From positions 1-45,844 of the forward strand of contig RBNJ01000057.1 in the NCBI GenBank assembly GCA_003990765.1: 45,844 nucleotides of DNA, in the 5' to 3' direction. The position numbers were made by a program, and so were the translations under genes. The notes below the pieces were generated by a model. That model was given only the letters and a program-made list of their open reading frames with translations, made no database searches and was not told where the DNA came from. The DNA is from Jimgerdemannia flammicorona. Its lineage: Eukaryota. Positions 38,638 to 45,844 of this stretch are shown here, piece by piece. How positions within the stretch are numbered: the stretch's first letter is position 1; each line of letters starts with the position of its first letter.

Positions 38638-41600
38638 ATGGATATGAGACCACCAGTATTCTATGAATATACCTCAGATGAATCGATCATCACCTTCATT
38701 GACGATTTCGAGCAGTATGCCACTGTAAGGACCCTGACAGTAGCACAGTAAGTAGCCCTCATGCCCTTTAACCTATGAGGCCCTGCCAGAGCAGCATTCA
38801 CAGCTGCAACCCATGCAGGAAATAATGCTAATGCTGTACTGACAGCACAGAAGACCTGGCTCTGAAATACATATTATACAGATGAGATCAAGCAAGCCCT
38901 GAAGGATCAGCTCAATACAACATACCAAGGAATGAGTGAGGATCCAAACACATTCTATACCAGAATTCGATATCAGATAATCCTTGCAGACTATGCTGCT
39001 GCTACCTAAGATCAAGTAGCCGAAGTAACCTTCATGAAAGGAGTCCATTCAGAAATAGCCATGGCCATCCGCTTATCACCAGTAATTCTGGATCTGCCAC
39101 AGAGGGTCACCTATGCTCAGCGATACTGGATAGCCAGACATCCACAAGACCATACAATGGAAAGGGTTACAGGAGTCAGAATCGAGGCACCCAAGGCAAC
39201 CAGTGTGATCCCTACCACAATGATCAATTGAAACACCCCTCAGCCAAAAGCTACAGAGCAGCAAAAGAACAGTGACCCTATGGAGGAACTCGCCAAAAGG
39301 TTTGCCAAAATGACTGCCCACCTGGGAGACGTGGTAAAGGAAATTCAAGGAAGAGACCGCCGCTCTGTCCAGAAGTTTTCTGTCACCTCAGACAAGAAGA
39401 AAGGCACCTGCTACACTTGTAGAGAAGAAGGCCACTACTCCTATGAATGCATGAGTGAAACCAAGCACAAGGCTCAACCAAGCAATGCTACATGAAACAA
39501 GGAGCAGGCCAATATAATTACCTTTGAGGAGATCAGAGATTCTGATGAAGAAGAATGGAAGACCTATCCTGCTCAGACCACCAAGAAGGATGCTCGCAAA
39601 GAACCCTACAAGAGACCACCGGGAAGACCCAAGAAGAACCCAGTAGAAAAGCAGATGGAAACTGCCATGGAAAGCCAAGCCGAAGAGATGGACCAAGATA
39701 TAGAGCTGGAGCAAGCAGTTCAAGATATCATCTGAGGAACCACTCTAGCCAGTGAAGGAGAAAAAGAGAAGAAGCTTCGCAAGACCAAGACCTTCAAGTA
39801 TGATATCTTCAAGGACCTCAGCCAACAAAAGGTCAATGCAACCTTTGGTCAGCTTGCAGAAATCCCAACATTCAGACAGCAAATGAGGTTTGGACTTGCC
39901 AAAACAACTAAGGAACAGGGATGGAAGATAACTGAGGCCAATAATGCTCAAGAAGACTCAGGAGAAGAAAGTGAGGACAATCGCAAAACCTCTGCATATG
40001 CAACATGCCAAATTGAAGATAGAATCTTTGAGGCCATCATTGATATGGGAGCAGGAGGATGTCTCCTCAGCAAGAAGGCAGCAGACTGCCTAGGTTGGGA
40101 TGTGGAAGAAGCAACTAAGCTGGTGTTCATCACAGCCGATGGCACAAGAGCCACACCCCTGGGAAAGATCCAAGACGTTCGCATCAAGATTGGAGGAGCA
40201 ACTATCCCAGTAGATGTAATCATAACCAATGCCACCAACTATGACATCCTCATCGGCAATCAATGGCTTCACAAAGCCAATGCAGTAATTGATCTCAATT
40301 CCCAGAAGATGCAGATCACCTACTAGAGACAGAAGATATGAATTCCCATCAATGTCAATAAAGGAGTCCTGTCTGATATGAAGGAAGAAGAGAGTGAGCA
40401 AGAGGAAGCTTATATGGTGACTACTCCAAAGAAGAAGAAAGTCAGATGAATGAGTGAAGAAGAATAGTGCAAGAAGATGGCAGAAGGCTATGCACTATAA
40501 GGAGTCTGTCCTCATAGGATCAAAATGTACTGCATGGAGCATATCAATGATTGCTACCAGTGCACTATTGGAATCAGAAAGATCCACCAGGAAAGAAGGC
40601 AGAAAGCTCTCGAAAAACAGATCAGAGAAGAAGAGAAGGAGGAAGATGATGAACCACCAGCTCTTCTGGAGGACAGTGATGATGAAGAAGAAATCAAGGT
40701 CAAGATCCGAAAGATCCACCCTGATGCAGTCTTACCAGAATACAAGTCAGAAAATGCAGCCGAAATGGACATCACTACAGTAGAAGAGACTGTACTGGAA
40801 CCCCAGACAACCACCCTACTTGCAATCAGATTGGAGATGACCATCCCAAAGGACCATGTCAGGATTCTCAAGACAAGAAGCAGCCTGGCTAGAAGCGAAA
40901 TTACAATCGAAGGAGGAGTCATCGATTCAGACTATATCGGAGAAATTCTACTCATTGCTAGGAATCACAATCCTACAATCCCATTTCCAGTCAAGAAGAA
41001 GGACCAATGGGCACAAATGTTGATCTTTCCGATCCTACAACCAAAGATCATAGAAGTCAAGAAGCTGGAGGATACAAGAAGAGGAAAGAAAGGATTTGGA
41101 TCCACAGGAAGAGGAGTATTCACCAACACCAAGATCACCGAACTTGAGCATAAGAAGGAGAAAAACACAAGCAAGCATAGCTACACCATCGGAAATGAAT
41201 TTCCACTCAAGAAAGAACTCAAGAAAATACTCCACGAATTCGAAGATGTCCTTGCCACAGATTTCAAGGATATCAAAGGAAAGACCCCACACTACTATCA
41301 CAAAGTAGATACTGAAGACACTGAACCAATTTATCAGAAGGCAAGGCCTGTCCCGTCAGCCTACTGAGAATGGCTCAGAGAAGAAATCAAGCAGATGGAA
41401 GAAGCCAGCATCATTAAAGAAGCAAGCAGTCCCTGGTCCTCACCTGTTGTACTGGCCCTGAAAAAAGGAAGCAAGCCTGGAGAATTCGCCCCAAGACTCT
41501 GTGTCGACTACAGAAAACTCAACATGGTTACCAAGAAGGATCGCCAACCACTGCCCCTCATCAATGACATTCTCATAATACTGGGAGATGAAGCACAGTA

Positions 41601-42597
41601 CTATAGTACTTTGGACTTATACTCAGGATTCCACCAAATCGGACTCACAGATATGGTAAGTGAAAAGTCAGCCTTCATCACTCCAGATGGAATCTATGTC
41701 TATCTATGAATGCCATTTGGAATGTGCAATGCACCAGCAAGTTTCCAGTGAATGATGAACAAGATCTTCTGCTATGACATAGGAAGATGGATGATGGTCT
41801 ATGTTGATGATGTAATCATCTACAGCAAGACACCTGAGGAACATCTGCAGCACATACAGCAGATAATGGAGAGACTAAGACAACATGGCCTCTACATCAA
41901 ACCCAAGAAGTGCAAGTTTGCAGAAATCGAGATCTCCTATCTTGGCCACATCATCAATCGAGATGGAACATACATGGACCCCCTCAAGATACAAGCAGTG
42001 GCAGCATACCCAAGACCCACCACTGTCACGGAAGCCCAAGCCTTCATGGGACTTGCCTCCTATTATCGAAGATTTATTAGAGGATTTTCTAATATTGCAG
42101 GACCAATCTATGAACTTAACAAGAAGGATACCAAGTTCCAGTAGACTGGCAGATAACAAAAAGCATTTGATGAACTCAAGGTCAGACTGACCCAGACACC
42201 CATCTTCAGAAGATCTGACTGGACTCAAGAATTCATCCTACAGACTGATGCAAGCGCACAAGGACTAAGAGTAGTCCTAGCTCAAAAGAAAGATAAAGTG
42301 GAGTATGTCATCACATACCTCAGCCACGGAACCCAAGGAGCTGAAAAAGAATATGAATCCTACAAGTTGGAATGCCTTGCAGTCATCTGGGCCATAGAAA
42401 AGTTCCACTACTACTTGGCTGGAAGACACTTCACTATCCAAACAGACCACTCAGCTCTCACCTGGCTACTGACAACTGGACAACCCAAAGGAATCTATGC
42501 CAGATGGATAATGAAGTTGCAAGCTTATGATGTAACCATTGTATATCACTCTGGAAGAACCAATGCCAATGCAGATGCCCTCTCACAGACACCCTGA
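38638..42597 (+). pseudogene. Gag-protease-dUTPase-RT-RNase H polyprotein of gypsy B (single frame, premature stops only)
   Basis: All ORF fragments share one frame. Motifs: CYTCREEGHYSYEC knuckle, AIIDMGA (DTG changed by C>T), dUTPase, SPWSSPVV, RLCVDYRKLN, YVDD, TDAS, TDHSAL, NADALS. Confidence 0.93.
40696..41109 (+). other. dUTPase domain within gypsy B pol
   Basis: All five trimeric dUTPase motifs: AAEMDI, TRSS, GGVIDSDYIGEI, WAQM, RGKKGFGSTG. Confidence 0.92.
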
Positions 42598-42622
42598 AGG
42601 ACCCCACCCCCACAAAATCGCC

Positions 42623-43816
42623 ATGAATAAGGAGCTCTACTATGGAATTATCACATACCTGGGACAGCGAAAGATGCCCCAACATCTGGAAGAATGGACA
42701 CAAATGATTATCAACAGAACATAGAAACAATTCGAAACTGACGGAGAAACACTGAAGAAAGGGAAACTACTAGTCATACTAGAATACAAGAAGGAGCAAG
42801 CAATAAAATCAGTACACAAACTTGGCCATCTAGGAGGAATGAATACATATGACAAGGCAAGGAGAACAATATGGTGGCCAGGGATGGAGGAAGATATTAG
42901 ACAATTCATCAAGACTTGTGACAAATGCCAGAAACAGAAACAAGACTAACGAAATCAAGCCTCAGGATCAGCACATATAGAACCAGTACCATTAGCCCAC
43001 ATTGCAATGGATATAATTGGCCCCCTATCCTTGACTTTGACTGGCAACCAATACATCATCATCATCGTAGACCTCTTTATGAAGTAGATAGAAGCAGGAC
43101 CCCTCAAAGAAGCCAATGCACAGTCAATCACTGATTTCTTCTACAAGGAAATCATCTGCTGGTTCAAGACCCCAATACAAGTAACTATAGATAGAGGAAC
43201 CGAATTCGTGAATCAGTTCTTCGAAGTTCTCTACAAGAAGTACAAGATCCAGCATATTTGGACTATAGCATATCATCCTCAAGGAAATGGACAAGTAGAA
43301 AGGACCAACAAAACCCTCAAGAATGTTATTGCCAAGATCTGCAATAACTACGAGAACTGGGATCACTATCTACCAATAGCATTATCTGCTCTCCGGGATA
43401 TCTGATCACAAAGCACCCACTTTACCCCTCGAGAAATGCTGTTTAGAGAAGAATGTTCTCAGGGAACCTTGTCATCCAATGGAGATACCATATAGAAACA
43501 TGTGGACATGGAAATGCGAAGACTACACCAAATCAGGAAGAAGGCTGAGGATTACATAATGAAGGCACAGACACTACAATGGAGGAATGCGGAAAAGACC
43601 CACAAACCCTTGGAGATTATCAAGATAAGAGACAAAGTCCTAGTGTATCAGAATATAGTTGAAGCTTCATGGTTATGAAAACTGGAGCCCAAGTGGGAAG
43701 GACCTTACCTTGTGCAAGATATAAAAGGAACCACCTTTTGGCTATGAAAACCCTCAGGCACAATAATCCCCACCACTATTCATCGAAACCAACTCAAGAA
43801 ATATCATGGCCAGTAA
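42623..43816 (+). pseudogene. Integrase of gypsy B, in a separate (+1) frame
   Basis: HHCC motif (HKLGH...CDKC), MDIIGP, DRGTEF, YHPQGNGQVERTN, KLEPKWEGPY. No chromodomain is visible. Confidence 0.92.
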
Positions 43817-44255
43817 TAAAAGTACTGCGATGGTACTCAAGATCACTAGTGCTGCTCAAAGAGCCATCGAGAGCACCGAGCCTCCGACCATAGAGGAGTC
43901 TTATGACAGTATCCAAAGTATCATGCAGACTCATCTCTCTTGGATCTCACACTTCAAGGCCTATCAGCATCGGAATGAATTCCAAGAGTACTTCAAACTT
44001 GGCCAAGTACTCAACCAAGACCCGGAAATGACCAAAGAAAATTGGATCACAAAATGCCAGCTCTCCTATTCTCAGATCACCATTGCCAAAAGAATCCACA
44101 AGCTATTCCGAGAGGATGAATCAGCACTAGCTCACCTGCGAGGAGTGACTCCCTCAGACTTTGACTGAGTCAGGTGACACCATTGGGAAACAGTGATATA
44201 ACAAATCATGCAATACAAGACCATACAGACCATTGAAGCTTGGGAGTTTGAATAG
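43806..44255 (+). pseudogene. Extra ORF3 of gypsy B (~149 aa if TGA/TAA are read as CGA/CAA); function unknown
   Basis: 120 codons are open from ATG 43806, which overlaps the integrase end. Similar to ORF3 of A. No signal peptide or transmembrane segment. Confidence 0.75.
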
Positions 44256-44292
44256 ATGCTTTAGGGATGAGATCATCTATTCAGGAGGAAGT

Positions 44293-44759
44293 TGTGATGG
44301 TATAACCAGATTTGGAAGAAGGAAATAGGGAATAGACACTTGATCGCACCCAGTCCCAAAGTAGTATAGCCACATAGTTAACAGTCCTCGATTCTGCAAC
44401 TTGCTAAATATTTTGCAAAGTGCAAGATCAAGCTCCCCGATATAGTATAGCATTTCGCAACTGGTGAAACATTTCGCAAAGTGTTAAATAACTCATAACT
44501 TAGCCACGTAACTCAGTAACCATCTCATAGCTAGCAAACTTGTATAAATAACCCAGTATCTTTGAGTGAATAAACCTCAGATCGAAATAGTTCAAAGTAA
44601 AGAGATAGCAAAGGAACTAGTAAGCCTGTGGGCAGATATACTTTGAACTCACCCACCCTCCCCTGCAACTTCAAGAGACTCTGCAAGAGTCAGAACAGTC
44701 AAGTTTTCAAGATACAGAAATCCGACATACTTTCAAGAGTAAGCATCTGCTACGTTACA
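44293..44759 (+). repeat. 3' LTR of gypsy B
   Basis: Direct repeat of 38057-38523. Confidence 0.95.
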
Positions 44760-44884
44760 ACACCAACATAAGAAATTATAGAACATTTTGTAGCTTTTTC
44801 ACAAAGTAACTGGGGGCTCAAGCCAAACTACATAGTACCCCCAACCTTGTAATCTACCTCTATTGAGCCAGCATATTACAGTAC

Positions 44885-45619
44885 CTAGCACAATAGAGAT
44901 AAATTACAAGTTTGAGCAGCTATGTAGATTGACTGAGCCTCCAGTTACTTTGTCAAAAAGTAACAAAATGTTTAATAATTTCTCTCTCAAAAATAGGTAC
45001 AAGTTCTCTTGTTTACTTAATATAGACAATTTTGGAGATTTTCTAATTAAGTACAGATTTAGTATAACTTGATAAATTTGACAGATTTCTCAAAGTAGCA
45101 GATATCTTCAAAGTATCAGCTAAGTTCTTCAGGCTTAATCTGATAAGCAAACTAAAATTGGCAGACTTCTTCTTTATATCAGAAAGTGGACTAGAGTAGA
45201 ATTAGACAAAGCTTACAATCTTTTAAATAATAGCTTTAGAGCAGATATTTCTCCTAAATATTATAATTCTTTTTCTTTAAGATTAAGTGGCTTTTGGCAG
45301 ACATATGTATCTCTTGAAGTATATTAGACAGACTTATCTTTTGCTTTTAAACTTTTCACAATAAGGTTTATTCACTCAAATCTCTAGAATATTTATACAA
45401 GTATAGTTATTATCTAGTTACTATCTGGATAATTACAGAATATATAGTAAGACTAACTTAGATGAGATGTAATTTCTTGTCCTATATAAGACAGATGTTC
45501 TCTGCAGAATAGATATTCTACTTGAGATAAGTATTTTAATTAGAATAGATATTTCAGTTAGAATAAAATCAATATATCTAACTTGATATACTTGGTTATT
45601 TATACAAATTATAACATAT
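44885..45619 (-). repeat. Older inverted LTR (C) related to the gypsy A LTR; its terminal bases lie at 22727-22736
   Basis: The minus strand contains TTTTTGACAAAGTAACTGGAGGCTCAG and CTTGTATAAA..GAGTGAATAAACCT. Joining TGTAATGTAC to CTAGCACAATAGAG restores an LTR end (..ATTACA). Confidence 0.75.
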
Positions 45620-45844
45620 TGTGACGGTACAGCCAGATTTGGAAGAAGGAAATAGGGAATAGACACTTGATCGCACCCATTCCCAAAGTAGTATAGCATC
45701 ATAGTTAGCAGTCCTCAATTTCGACATTGTCTAATTTCTTAGACATTGTCTAAATTTTAGACATTATCCAAATCGAATACCCCGATTTAGTATAGCATTT
45801 AGACATTGTCCAAATGTTTCGACAAAGTCCAAATGACTCATTTA
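45620..45844 (+). repeat. Start of another LTR (D) related to gypsy B, running off the window
   Basis: The first ~100 bp are nearly identical to the B LTR start. It then diverges into short GACATTGTC tandem repeats. Confidence 0.85.

Larger units (their letters stand above)
38057..44759 (+). mobile_element. Ty3/gypsy LTR retrotransposon B, full length (6.7 kb)
   Basis: 467-bp LTRs at 38057-38523 and 44293-44759. 4-bp TSD ATAC vs ACAC. PBS TGGTGCCCATTGG at 38527. PPT AGGAGGAAG before the 3' LTR. Confidence 0.96.
22737..44880 (+). mobile_element. Ty3/gypsy LTR retrotransposon A (dUTPase-bearing, decayed), with nested LINE and gypsy B
   Basis: TSD GTAC at 22733-22736 and 44881-44884. LTRs at 22737-23787 and at 37097-38056 plus 44764-44880. 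PBS TGGGGGCTCAACTGGGA (tRNA-Pro-like) at ~23790. Motifs: protease LIDTG (~31675), RT SPWASP-like (~34358) and YIDD (~34710), RNase H and integrase relics. Confidence 0.92.
37097..44880 (+). repeat. 3' LTR of gypsy A, split by gypsy B (37097-38056 and 44764-44880)
   Basis: Direct repeat of 22737-23787. The sequence CTAAACACCAAC is restored when B and one TSD copy are removed. Confidence 0.9.

Noticed and set aside
38773-43366. Antisense and alternate-frame ORFs within gypsy B
   Set aside because: They are shadows of gag-pol and integrase.
43806-44255. ORF3 as env or chromodomain
   Set aside because: It has no signal peptide, transmembrane segment or furin site, is too short for env, lacks a chromodomain aromatic pattern, and is not fused to integrase.

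Overview
Eukaryotic DNA, probably fungal (possibly an early-diverging Mucoromycota-like lineage; this is inference). About 90% of the window is nested transposable-element relics damaged by C>T/G>A transitions, surrounding one ~4.6 kb CpG-retaining island (~18.05-22.7 kb). Left part: a decayed Ty1/copia interrupted by 5'-truncated L1/Tx1-like LINEs, one carrying a palindromic hAT-type MITE; a non-autonomous copia with an ATACT TSD and a full-length LINE in its LTR; a possible PIF1/Helitron relic; more LINE fragments. The island holds the only clearly intact gene, a 175-aa intronless secreted glycine-zipper protein. Right part: Ty3/gypsy element A (22737-44880, GTAC TSD) contains a second full-length LINE and, in its 3' LTR, a much better preserved gypsy element B (38057-44759). 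Both gypsy elements share an unusual layout: gag-protease-dUTPase-RT-RNase H, then a Pro-stop right after RNase H (CCC-TGA in B, with integrase in the +1 frame), then a conserved non-env third ORF overlapping the end of integrase. This layout is the best candidate for an undescribed system. All domain calls are by-eye motif recognition; no database searches were run.
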